This document shows positions 17,849 through 25,843 of a stretch of 29,243 nucleotides of DNA, one piece after another (within the stretch, counting starts at the first letter, position 1; every line of letters starts with the position of its first letter). The stretch is from contig JAWXCN010000043.1 of NCBI GenBank assembly GCA_034408725.1, positions 1 through 29,243 of the forward strand, in the 5' to 3' direction. Source of the DNA: Candidatus Hydrogenedentota bacterium. GTDB lineage: Bacteria; Hydrogenedentota; Hydrogenedentia; Hydrogenedentales; SLHB01. A program made the position numbers and the translations under genes. The notes beneath the pieces were generated by a model. It ran no database searches and had not been told where the DNA came from. It saw only the letters and a program-made list of their open reading frames with translations.

Positions 17849-18832
17849 TCAGATTGGGACGGTCTTTACCACGGATTTATACGAAAGTTCGATCGGCAAC
17901 GATTGGCTGCCCAACTGGGGCGCCTTTACAGAAATATTGCCGGGAATCGTGCCAGTGCCCGTCCAATCTTTCAACCAACCGGTGGTTTCGTCGAATTGCA
18001 TGGTCCCTGCGCCTTGGCCGGAAATTTCAAGCGTAACGTCGAATCCATTGCCCCCGCTGCCCAATAAATCACCGTGTGGGCGAATGTCCACCTGGGCGAG
18101 TGAATCAACAGTGACGACGCCGCCTGCCCGTTCCTTTACAGTAAAAGTTGTGGCCTGCGTCGCTTCGACAAACGCGTTGGCTCTGGTCATCGTTCCCTGC
18201 CAGTTGTCTCCGGCGCGAAGTTTCTTGTCGGGTCTGGCGACAAAGACATGCGCCAGTGTATTCTTCATGGCGTCGTCGCCGAGTGATTCGCGGAATGTCG
18301 TCCGGATAGGCACGGGTGGTGAGGGCAAGCCCTTGGGCGCTTTATATGCAGCAGCCGCCTTTTCCGAAAGCGCATCGGCGCCACGCACCTCAAGAACTTC
18401 GCCGAATTTACTGACGGTAGCCGTAAACGATTGTCCCTCGACGGTCTTTACCGCAGCGTGCATCGCCTTCAAACCCTGAGGATCGTCCGTCGTGACGGTT
18501 GCAGAGGCGCCTCGACCCGGCATGCTTCCCATCAGGGCATCAAGGCCGGTCAATTCGACTTTCATGGATTTGAAGATGACCTCAAGGGTGACCGTTCCCG
18601 ATTCGTCCACACTTTGGGGTATCATTTCGAAGCTGCTTTCGGTCGCGGCGCCAAAACCCAATTGAACACCCATCAAATTGATGGAGAAATTCATGACGTC
18701 TTCGGTATCGACACTTTGTTTCGCGTTTGGCTGGGGCTTGAACAGGAGCTTGTTTTTGTCGGGATTACAACCGGAACCAAGCGTGGTGGCCAATAGCGTC
18801 GCGACGATTAAGCCAACGAACCTGACGCGCAT
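17849..18832 (-). CDS. Beta-rich lipoprotein, DUF6263-like
   Basis: Lipobox in MRVRFVGLIVATLLATTLGSG-C; GQSFTATVSKFGEV, GDNW, FDETTGWL; GAGGAG RBS. Confidence 0.7.
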   Translation of the reverse strand: MRVRFVGLIVATLLATTLGSGCNPDKNKLLFKPQPNAKQSVDTEDVMNFSINLMGVQLGFGAATESSFEMIPQSVDESGTVTLEVIFKSMKVELTGLDALMGSMPGRGASATVTTDDPQGLKAMHAAVKTVEGQSFTATVSKFGEVLEVRGADALSEKAAAAYKAPKGLPSPPVPIRTTFRESLGDDAMKNTLAHVFVARPDKKLRAGDNWQGTMTRANAFVEATQATTFTVKERAGGVVTVDSLAQVDIRPHGDLLGSGGNGFDVTLEISGQGAGTMQFDETTGWLKDWTGTGTIPGNISVKAPQLGSQSLPIELSYKSVVKTVPI

Positions 18833-18833
18833 T

Positions 18834-19826
18834 TTATGCTCCTCTTTCTTTGTCTGATTTGAAATGATCAAAACCGGAACTGTCCGCGGCCACCCCATCT
18901 ACGCGCACGCCCAACCATTTGTCCGTCACGATGCCGATGACGGTGGTCTCCAGCCGGAATTCGTGGTGAAACGCCTGCAACAGGGCATCAATTTCGCCCG
19001 CCGGCGCGGCAAAGGCCAGTTCGTAATCTTCGCCCCCGTTCAAATACAACTGTTGCGCATTCAACCCGTGCTGCTCGCAATACTCGCGCAAGGGTTCCGC
19101 GATGGGAATCCCCGCCAGATTGATATCAATCCCAAGATAACTGAACGCTGCGATATGTCCCAAATCCTGCAATACCCCGTCACTAATATCAATCATCGCG
19201 TGTACACCGCGCCGCGACAACCATTGCCCCTCGGAGATTCGCGGCGCCGGGCGTTGGTGCGCGGTTATCAATTCCGGCGCGTCGTGCCGATGGCGCAAGG
19301 CGTGCAAACCCGCCGCGGACATTCCGCACCGGCCTGTGACAACGATAGCATCGCCTAATTCGGCGCCATGCCGGGGCACATAGCTTTTCCCCGGAGCTTC
19401 GCCCAGCACGATGACATCGAGCATGATCCCCGAGGCCGCGGACGTGGTGTCTCCACCGACAATTACCGCGCCGAACCGGGACACCGCACTGGAGATTCCC
19501 TGATAAATTTCTTCAATGAGCGCACTGGGCGTATCCGCCGGGCACGCGATCGACGTCAGACAAAACTGGGGCGCGCCACCCATGGCGGCAATATCACTCA
19601 GGCTGGCTGCCGCCGCTTTCCAGCCGATATCTTCGGGCGTGGACCAGTCGCGCCGGAAATGGGTGCCTTCCACAAACAAATCCGTGGACGCGAGCAGCAG
19701 CCGATCGCCCACGCGCAATACGGCACAGTCATCGCCAATGCCTTCGACAACGAGTGGCGAGGTGGGTAGGAAGCGTTCGAGCCGGTCTATGAGTCCGAAC
19801 TCGCCCAGTTCCCGCAACGTGCGCAT
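18834..19826 (-). CDS. thiL: Thiamine-monophosphate kinase
   Basis: GEFGLI, GIGDDCAV, EGTHF, GWKAAAASLSDIAAMGG, VGGDT, MIDISDG, GGEDYELAF. Confidence 0.95.
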   Translation of the reverse strand: MRTLRELGEFGLIDRLERFLPTSPLVVEGIGDDCAVLRVGDRLLLASTDLFVEGTHFRRDWSTPEDIGWKAAAASLSDIAAMGGAPQFCLTSIACPADTPSALIEEIYQGISSAVSRFGAVIVGGDTTSAASGIMLDVIVLGEAPGKSYVPRHGAELGDAIVVTGRCGMSAAGLHALRHRHDAPELITAHQRPAPRISEGQWLSRRGVHAMIDISDGVLQDLGHIAAFSYLGIDINLAGIPIAEPLREYCEQHGLNAQQLYLNGGEDYELAFAAPAGEIDALLQAFHHEFRLETTVIGIVTDKWLGVRVDGVAADSSGFDHFKSDKERGA

Positions 19827-19829
19827 GCC

Positions 19830-20708
19830 TTATTCTCCCTCGATCTGCCGCCAGGCGCGGGGTAACGCTTCCAGCAGGTCCCGCGCAATCATACCGCGCC
19901 GGGAACGTTCCTGTGCGGCAATATCACCCGCGACGCCGTGTGTGTACACGCCGGCGCGAGCGGCATCCGCCGGGGATACCCCCTGCGCAATCAGCCCGGC
20001 GATCAAACCGCCGAGCACGTCGCCCGTGCCGCCAGTCGCCATGCCGCTATTGCCCGTGGGATTCACGTGGCATGAGCCGTCCGGCGCGGCGATGACAGTC
20101 CGATGACCCTTGAGCACGACGATGGTCTTATACCGGATCGAGAACTGGATCGCGACTGCTTCCCGATCGCGTTGCACATTTTCAACCGGCATCCCCGCCA
20201 GGCGGGCCATTTCGCCGGGATGCGGAGTAACCACAATCGGCGCCAGGGCATTGGCCAATACGCCGGGATTGATTCCGGCAATGTTGAGCGCATCAGCGTC
20301 AAGCACCATCGGCGTGACGCATTGTTTGAGAAAGTCCAGCACGAACCGGCGCGTATCATCCTGCGTCGAGACGCCGGGGCCGATTACGACAGCCTGCCGG
20401 GCAGCGGCAGCGGCAAGCGCTGGCGCGGTCGCCTCCGCTGCGAAGGTATCCAGCTTTGTCGCGGGCAAGCCGATCCACATGGCTTCGAGCAGTTTCGATG
20501 CAATGATGCCAATGACCGGCTGGGGTGACGCAACAGTGACGAGGCCCGCGCCGGAGCGCCCTGCGCCTTCGGCGGCAAGTATGGCCGCGCCGGTGAACCC
20601 GCGCGATCCGGCAATCACAAGCACATGACCAAACGTGCCCTTGTGGCCGGTGTCCGGGCGCGGCGACAGCATGCCGCGGATATCGTCGAGTGTGAGTTCG
20701 GTTGCCAT
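19830..20708 (-). CDS. nnrD: ADP-dependent NAD(P)H-hydrate dehydratase (stand-alone YjeF C-terminal domain)
   Basis: HKGTFGHVLVIAGS, GAGLV, IGPG, VLDADALN, TPHPGEMARL, VLKG, MATGGTGDVLGG. Confidence 0.93.
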   Translation of the reverse strand: MATELTLDDIRGMLSPRPDTGHKGTFGHVLVIAGSRGFTGAAILAAEGAGRSGAGLVTVASPQPVIGIIASKLLEAMWIGLPATKLDTFAAEATAPALAAAAARQAVVIGPGVSTQDDTRRFVLDFLKQCVTPMVLDADALNIAGINPGVLANALAPIVVTPHPGEMARLAGMPVENVQRDREAVAIQFSIRYKTIVVLKGHRTVIAAPDGSCHVNPTGNSGMATGGTGDVLGGLIAGLIAQGVSPADAARAGVYTHGVAGDIAAQERSRRGMIARDLLEALPRAWRQIEGE

Positions 20709-20722
20709 GTGCGCCAGCGCGC

Positions 20723-20751
20723 ATCCTAGACGGCGGCATCGGACAGTTCAA
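20723..20751 (-). promoter_or_regulatory. Putative sigma70 promoter of nnrD-thiL-lipoprotein
   Basis: TTGAAC(20751-20746)-N17-TAGGAT(20728-20723), only 14 nt before the ATG and with no SD. Confidence 0.5.
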
Positions 20752-20845
20752 CACAGCAGGGATGTTTGGGTCTGGCGACGGCAAGGTAACTGGGCTGGGG
20801 CAACTGTGCGTCACGTTGCGGCCTCGAAGACAGCGACCGCTGCCG

Positions 20846-20991
20846 CAAGGCCTTGGACTGCGGTAGCGAAGTCCGCTTCGGACGCAGCTACCGCTTTCAC
20901 TTCGGATTGGAAGTGGTCTGGACTGATGCGTGGCGCTGCTGCCCTCTTGACGTCAAAGCGGCAGCTACCGCCACCGCACTCCAAGGCCTTG
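20846..20991. repeat. REPIN/MITE-like element, about 145 bp
   Basis: Terminal IR CAAGGCCTTGGA / TCCAAGGCCTTG; 20850-20909 is 58/60 identical to 29105-29164. Confidence 0.88.
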
Positions 20992-21095
20992 ACTGCGCAA
21001 GGACGTGTCCAATCCCGGAATTGGTATACTGTCGCCGGTAATTGCAGGGAACTCGCCGGGGCGTTCCATTTCAGTCGGGTTGCAGGATAGATGAT

Positions 21096-22343
21096 TTGGA
21101 TTCGGAAGTCGTAACAGAAATACCCGAAAATACCGATGCTGGTCTCTGCCCGCACTTTCCCGAGTGCGGCGGGTGCACCACGCAGGACGTGCCGTACGAG
21201 CAACAGCTTGCCCAAAAGCAGGCCGTGCTTGCCGCGTTGTTCAAGGCGCATTGGGCCGATTCCATTCCTATCGAGGCGTCCCCGTCGATTTGGAACTATC
21301 GCAACCGCATTGACCTCACGTTTGGCCGCCGGCAATACCCCGAACCGCCGCCAAAGGATTTCGTCCGGGAAACCGTGCTGGGCTTCAAGCGCGAAGGCAA
21401 ATGGTTTTGGACCATCGACCTTTCTGAATGCCGCATCGGGCCGAAAGGGAATCCCGCGCTTATCGAGGCGGTGCGGACGTGGGCGCGTGAACGAAACCTG
21501 ACGGCGTTCAGTTCAAAATCGAAAGACGGTTTTCTACGCGTACTGCTCGTGCGAGAGGGAAAACGTACTGGCGAGCGCATGGTCGTGTTGGTCACGAGCG
21601 ACGGCGATATGGACGAAGCGTCATTCGTCGATGTCGTCCAGGCGGCATGGCCGTGCACTAGCATTCAGCACGCGATTTTTCGCGGCAGGGCCGAGATCAC
21701 TGCCGCGGACGAAATCCGTGTGTTGTATGGCAACCCCTACATCATGGAAGAATTGCATATCCCGGACGGCAACTCGACGCGAAGCATCCGCCTCCGGATT
21801 TCGCCTTTCAGCTTTTCCCAGACGAATTCCGCCGCAACAGAAATTCTCTACGGCATCATTCGGCAATGGGTCAAAGAGGGCCGTCCCCGTTTTGTGTATG
21901 ATTTGTACGGAGGCGCGGGCGGCATCGCAATCAGTGTCTCGGACCGGGTAGACCGCGTGACCTCCGTCGAAAGCGAGGAAGGCTCGTCCATCGATGGCAC
22001 GTTTAACCGTGAGATGAATGACGCGGACAACGTGGTTTTTTTGACGCAGCCCGTCGAGGACTATCTCCGGGATTCGATTTCGATGCAGGGCGGTCTACTG
22101 CCACAAAGCCTCGTCGTGCTTGACCCGCCACGCGCGGGACTCCATCCGAAGGCTATTAAACGGCTGATGACGTTGCGCCCACAGGAAATTATCTATGTCT
22201 CGTGCAAGCCATCGGCATTTGCAAAGGAATTGCCGCTGTTTCTGGCCGAGTATGAGATCACCGCGATGCACGCCGTGGACCTTTTTCCACACACCGAGCA
22301 TGTTGAATTGCTCACGAGATTGCGCGCAAAAGATCCGGTTTAA
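21096..22343 (+). CDS. rlmD: RlmD/TrmA-family RNA (uracil-5)-methyltransferase without TRAM domain
   Basis: CPHFPECGGC Fe-S motif, YRNR, SFSQTN, DLYGGAG, LDPPRAGL, IYVSC, DLFPHTEHVE. Start uncertain (TTG 21042 or 21096). Confidence 0.85.
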   Translation: MDSEVVTEIPENTDAGLCPHFPECGGCTTQDVPYEQQLAQKQAVLAALFKAHWADSIPIEASPSIWNYRNRIDLTFGRRQYPEPPPKDFVRETVLGFKREGKWFWTIDLSECRIGPKGNPALIEAVRTWARERNLTAFSSKSKDGFLRVLLVREGKRTGERMVVLVTSDGDMDEASFVDVVQAAWPCTSIQHAIFRGRAEITAADEIRVLYGNPYIMEELHIPDGNSTRSIRLRISPFSFSQTNSAATEILYGIIRQWVKEGRPRFVYDLYGGAGGIAISVSDRVDRVTSVESEEGSSIDGTFNREMNDADNVVFLTQPVEDYLRDSISMQGGLLPQSLVVLDPPRAGLHPKAIKRLMTLRPQEIIYVSCKPSAFAKELPLFLAEYEITAMHAVDLFPHTEHVELLTRLRAKDPV

Positions 22344-22395
22344 GAAGAACGCGAACGACGCAACAGTCCTGAATGTCGTATTGCCTTTAGCAGGC

Positions 22396-23202
22396 TCATC
22401 CCAATATTCCGAGCACCGGCTTCCCACTTGTAGCCTGCCACAGAAGCAGCGCGAACATGAGCAAATACACCGCGGCGAAAACAACAATGGCCGCCACCTG
22501 ATTGCGTGCCGGCATGCGCGCGTGCCGGCCGATCAGGAATCCCGCGAACGGAATGATTTGAAGCGCGTGCAGGCCCATGAAATGCGCAACGCGCAAATCA
22601 CCGGCTTGCGTGCTCCAGTTTACGATGGGAAGTCCCGGCCCTCCATCGGGAACGCCAATGGCGTGCGCGTCATTCGCGACGATGAATCCACCTTCCGCGC
22701 TGCCCGCCAACATCATCAGCAGTCCCATCCGAATGCCCCAGAGATACGCCGGCGGAAGATCGATGCGCGCGCAGAACAGGATGAACAACAAAAACACCAT
22801 GACCGTATTTAACGCGATCATGTTGCCCATCAGACTGAAGACCGCGCCGTCAAACGACGTGGCGTTGTTGAAATGCGACGTAGTGCCGCGAACGGCCTGC
22901 ATTACGATGCACACAATCTCGACGGACATGGCTACCGCAACGCCCCAGGTAATCACAAGCAGGGTTTTTCGGAAACGCGCGACGTAGCCGGAGAACCATG
23001 CAACGGTCCACACAAAGATGAAGATCGACACCGCGAATTTCATCGGCTTGATCCATGGGTCGATTCCCATGATGACCCGGTCGTCGAAACGCGCGATCAG
23101 TAGCATGCCCGCGAATGCCGCCAACATGCCCCATCCGGTAACCGCGAGAACGGGATTGCGTGAATAGACTGCGGCAAGAAATTCACGCAGCTTCGTTTTC
23201 AA
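22396..23202 (-). CDS. Conserved multi-TM membrane protein, partner of ABA4-like gene
   Basis: WIKPMKFAVS, QAVRGTTSHFN, GDLRVAHFMGLHALQ; about 7 hydrophobic helices; overlaps the upstream gene's 3' end. Confidence 0.8.
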   Translation of the reverse strand: MKTKLREFLAAVYSRNPVLAVTGWGMLAAFAGMLLIARFDDRVIMGIDPWIKPMKFAVSIFIFVWTVAWFSGYVARFRKTLLVITWGVAVAMSVEIVCIVMQAVRGTTSHFNNATSFDGAVFSLMGNMIALNTVMVFLLFILFCARIDLPPAYLWGIRMGLLMMLAGSAEGGFIVANDAHAIGVPDGGPGLPIVNWSTQAGDLRVAHFMGLHALQIIPFAGFLIGRHARMPARNQVAAIVVFAAVYLLMFALLLWQATSGKPVLGILG

Positions 23203-23626
23203 CGATAAACACCTTTCGCTTGATCGCCACGCGAAGCACGAAGTACGCGAGCAGACCTATCGGGCCGAGCATGAACGTGAGGAAAAGGCAGGGGATGACG
23301 AGCAAATGGTGAATACCGAGACGTTGCGCATCGCGCACTTCCCAACTGCCGATGAACAAGTCGAATGCGAGATAGTGTATCCACCCGGCAAGCAGCATGC
23401 CCGGATTGCGAAACATGGTTCCCACGTCTGCAAGCGAGCCGAAACCGCCTTCAGCGCCGCGAAAATATAGCGCGATTAGAACGAGATACGCGACGCCCAG
23501 TGCCAGGGGAATGATAACGCCGCAAATAAGACTCGCCGCCCACTTCCAACGCGGCAGAAAGACCAAGAGCAACCAGCCTGCCATCACAAGCGTGCTGCAT
23601 GCGGAGAAAATACCTTCGAGTGACAT
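23183..23626 (-). CDS. ABA4-like (DUF4281) membrane protein
   Basis: GWLLLVFLPRW, GFGSLADV, LLAGWIHYLAFDLFIGSW, PCLFLTFMLGPIGLL. Confidence 0.88.
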   Translation of the reverse strand: MSLEGIFSACSTLVMAGWLLLVFLPRWKWAASLICGVIIPLALGVAYLVLIALYFRGAEGGFGSLADVGTMFRNPGMLLAGWIHYLAFDLFIGSWEVRDAQRLGIHHLLVIPCLFLTFMLGPIGLLAYFVLRVAIKRKVFIVENEAA

Positions 23627-23684
23627 GGCGCACCTTTCTCGAACAATCGGCGCGCGCCGGCTTGAGCACGCTCGCCGCGTCAAA

Positions 23685-24653
23685 CTATTTCGCCTTCTTG
23701 CGGCGCTCCATCATCTCGCGCCACGTAGTGAGCACGAATTTTTCGTCTTCTACAAATTTTTTGAATTCCGGATCGGTCATCAAGCGCATGTCATTCAAGC
23801 GCGTCTCGCTCGAACCCGTAAACAAGGGCCATTCCTCATTCGGCTTGGCGCAATGCAGAATGCACATGGTCACGCCGGGCTTCATCGTGCGCAGTTCTTC
23901 CATCAGCTTGAACTTTTTTTCTGTGAACGTTTTCCAGCCATAGGTGCGGTTGTGCAGATCGTCGAGCACCGGCAACCCGCCTTCCCACACCTGTTCGGCG
24001 AGGTTCGTGATGGCCAACTGCCGCGTCGCGTCGGGTTCATCGCCTGAAATAAACTGCATGTGACCGCCCATGATCATGATCGGAATCTGTTTCTCGATGC
24101 CAACTTTCACGTACGCCGCCGTATACTCGGGCTTGGCGTAGAGCGTGCCCATGTGCGTGTCGAGATGCGTGATGGGCATGCCAAGCGTCACAGCGCGGTC
24201 CAGTTGCGCGCGAATTTCCGTTTCCACTTCCTCCGCGCTCGCGTTCGTGGTGACGGAGATGACGTTTGACCACAGACACCCGGCCGGGTCGACAAGGCCT
24301 GGCACGGCTGCTTTTCCCGCGAGCGGTCCCCAACGATAATTGTGCCATTCCGCGGTGAGGGTCAGGTGCAGACCGTTATCGACGTTTGGATGGTCCTTGA
24401 GATAGTCCGCGAACTCCGGCACCCACGGGCACGGCATCATCGTGCTGACCGAGGTGAGTACGCCGTATTCGAGCGCGGCAATAGCCCCCTGGTTCTGTCC
24501 GTGCGACATGCCGGCGTCATCGCAATGAAACATGATGACGCGCGCGTCCTTGGGCCAGCCAAGGCGTTCGGCATAGGTGGGCTTTTCCTGCGCGTGCGCG
24601 ATGAGCGCCGCGCACGGAATCAACATTAACGAAGCCAGTCTGCGTAGTATCAT
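23685..24653 (-). CDS. Secreted YdjC/ChbG-family carbohydrate deacetylase
   Basis: Signal peptide ending IAHA; HCDDAGM, GLHLTLTAEW, EIRAQ, THLDTHMG, PGVT..ILH. Confidence 0.85.
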   Translation of the reverse strand: MILRRLASLMLIPCAALIAHAQEKPTYAERLGWPKDARVIMFHCDDAGMSHGQNQGAIAALEYGVLTSVSTMMPCPWVPEFADYLKDHPNVDNGLHLTLTAEWHNYRWGPLAGKAAVPGLVDPAGCLWSNVISVTTNASAEEVETEIRAQLDRAVTLGMPITHLDTHMGTLYAKPEYTAAYVKVGIEKQIPIMIMGGHMQFISGDEPDATRQLAITNLAEQVWEGGLPVLDDLHNRTYGWKTFTEKKFKLMEELRTMKPGVTMCILHCAKPNEEWPLFTGSSETRLNDMRLMTDPEFKKFVEDEKFVLTTWREMMERRKKAK

Positions 24654-25249
24654 TTCGTGGTCCTTCCCGTGTATTTTTCATCCAATGTTTTCGTGGCCAT
24701 GATTTCGCCAGTCTCGACAAATGCATTCAAAAGCGAGCGGCGCACTTTACCCCCGCCTTTTTCACCCGTGACGGCGTCAATCGCGCGGATGTTGATGTAT
24801 CCCCCCGCATCAAAGTAATAGACCCAATAGGGATAGTGTATCAACCGGACGCGGACGGTGTCGCGCGGTTCCGGTTTTGCAAGAGAGCCGCGCTGGCGGA
24901 GAATGAACGCGAGCAACCCCGCGCGCGCGTGCGCCTCCGCTTCGGATTCATTCATGCTGGCGGAGAACACCGGCCCGGGCGCATCGCCATCGACGACCCA
25001 TGCATCCATTTCGAAAATCGTAAACATGCCTGAATACGAATCGACACACGCCGTCAGCGGGTGTTCATCTTTGCCGAGCACACAGCGAATATCGAAGAGG
25101 TGGCGCGGAAGCCATACAATTTCCAGCTTTGGCAGCGCGGCAGTGCCGGGCATCCGCCGGAAATTCAGCGCAATACGCGCGCGGCGAAAGATTCCGGGCG
25201 ACAGCCGCCGCATCGCCACCGTTTCCGGCATTCGCGCGGCAATGTGCAT
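24650..25249 (-). CDS. Hypothetical soluble protein (199 aa) in SSS operon
   Basis: Starts 4 nt after the upstream stop and has an ATGA overlap with the deacetylase; motifs VWLP, CVDSYSG, HYPYWVYYF, AIDAVTGE. Confidence 0.75.
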   Translation of the reverse strand: MHIAARMPETVAMRRLSPGIFRRARIALNFRRMPGTAALPKLEIVWLPRHLFDIRCVLGKDEHPLTACVDSYSGMFTIFEMDAWVVDGDAPGPVFSASMNESEAEAHARAGLLAFILRQRGSLAKPEPRDTVRVRLIHYPYWVYYFDAGGYINIRAIDAVTGEKGGGKVRRSLLNAFVETGEIMATKTLDEKYTGRTTK

Positions 25250-25253
25250 GGCG

Positions 25254-25484
25254 CTACCGGAGGCGGCCGCGGAGTTTCAGGCCCCAGAGGAACATGCCCG
25301 CGCCGATGAGGAACAACACCAGGCCCGCCACGCCATTCACAACCCGGGCGTGGCCAGGGTCCTGAACAACAGTGGCGATCAGCACAATGATTGCGAGGAT
25401 GGCCAGGAAACCGCCGAGCATCAAAAAGGTTTCCGAATCGCGTTGTGTATGGTCTACCGGCGGCGGGTCTTGGCGCTCAGACAT
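25254..25484 (-). CDS. Small 2-TM membrane protein (76 aa)
   Basis: TGATG coupling to the upstream gene; two hydrophobic helices followed by a basic tail. Confidence 0.78.
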   Translation of the reverse strand: MSERQDPPPVDHTQRDSETFLMLGGFLAILAIIVLIATVVQDPGHARVVNGVAGLVLFLIGAGMFLWGLKLRGRLR

Positions 25485-25843
25485 CAGTCACTCCACTTTG
25501 CGAAATAGAGGTAGACAATAACGTGCGGCGTCATCGAGATGACGGTCCAAAGCCGGAGGTCGTACAGAATCCCCTTGCCGGGCGAATCAAGATTTACATA
25601 TTCCTTCTTCAACAGGAACACCCAGAGCATTCCGGCGCCAAACAGGCCCAGGGAAAACAATGTCGCCCAGGGCATATAGACGGAATTCAAAAAGTTGTTG
25701 ATCGGATCGAATATCGGCGACAAGATGGGTTTGAATACGGCGGTAATTCCGTCACTGACCGCCGTGCTGACGCGCTCCATGAATGCGCCAAACGCGGTGC
25801 TGGCGCGTTCAATGAATGATGGCTCGGCTACTGCTTCAGACAT
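25484..25843 (-). CDS. Small membrane protein (119 aa)
   Basis: TAATG coupling to the symporter; amphipathic N-terminus, two TM helices, DLRLWT...HVIVYLYF. Confidence 0.78.
   Translation of the reverse strand: MSEAVAEPSFIERASTAFGAFMERVSTAVSDGITAVFKPILSPIFDPINNFLNSVYMPWATLFSLGLFGAGMLWVFLLKKEYVNLDSPGKGILYDLRLWTVISMTPHVIVYLYFAKWSD

Noticed and set aside
19830-20708. Stand-alone nnrD as a novelty
   Set aside because: Split NnrD/NnrE is well known in many bacteria.
20709-20845. TPP riboswitch ahead of nnrD-thiL
   Set aside because: No CUGAGA or CCUGAU...AAU...CGUAGGGA signature, and the predicted promoter leaves no room for one.
20635-21335. ORFs 20635-21090 (+) and 20811-21335 (-)
   Set aside because: They run through the REPIN and antisense to nnrD/rlmD, with no recognisable protein motifs.
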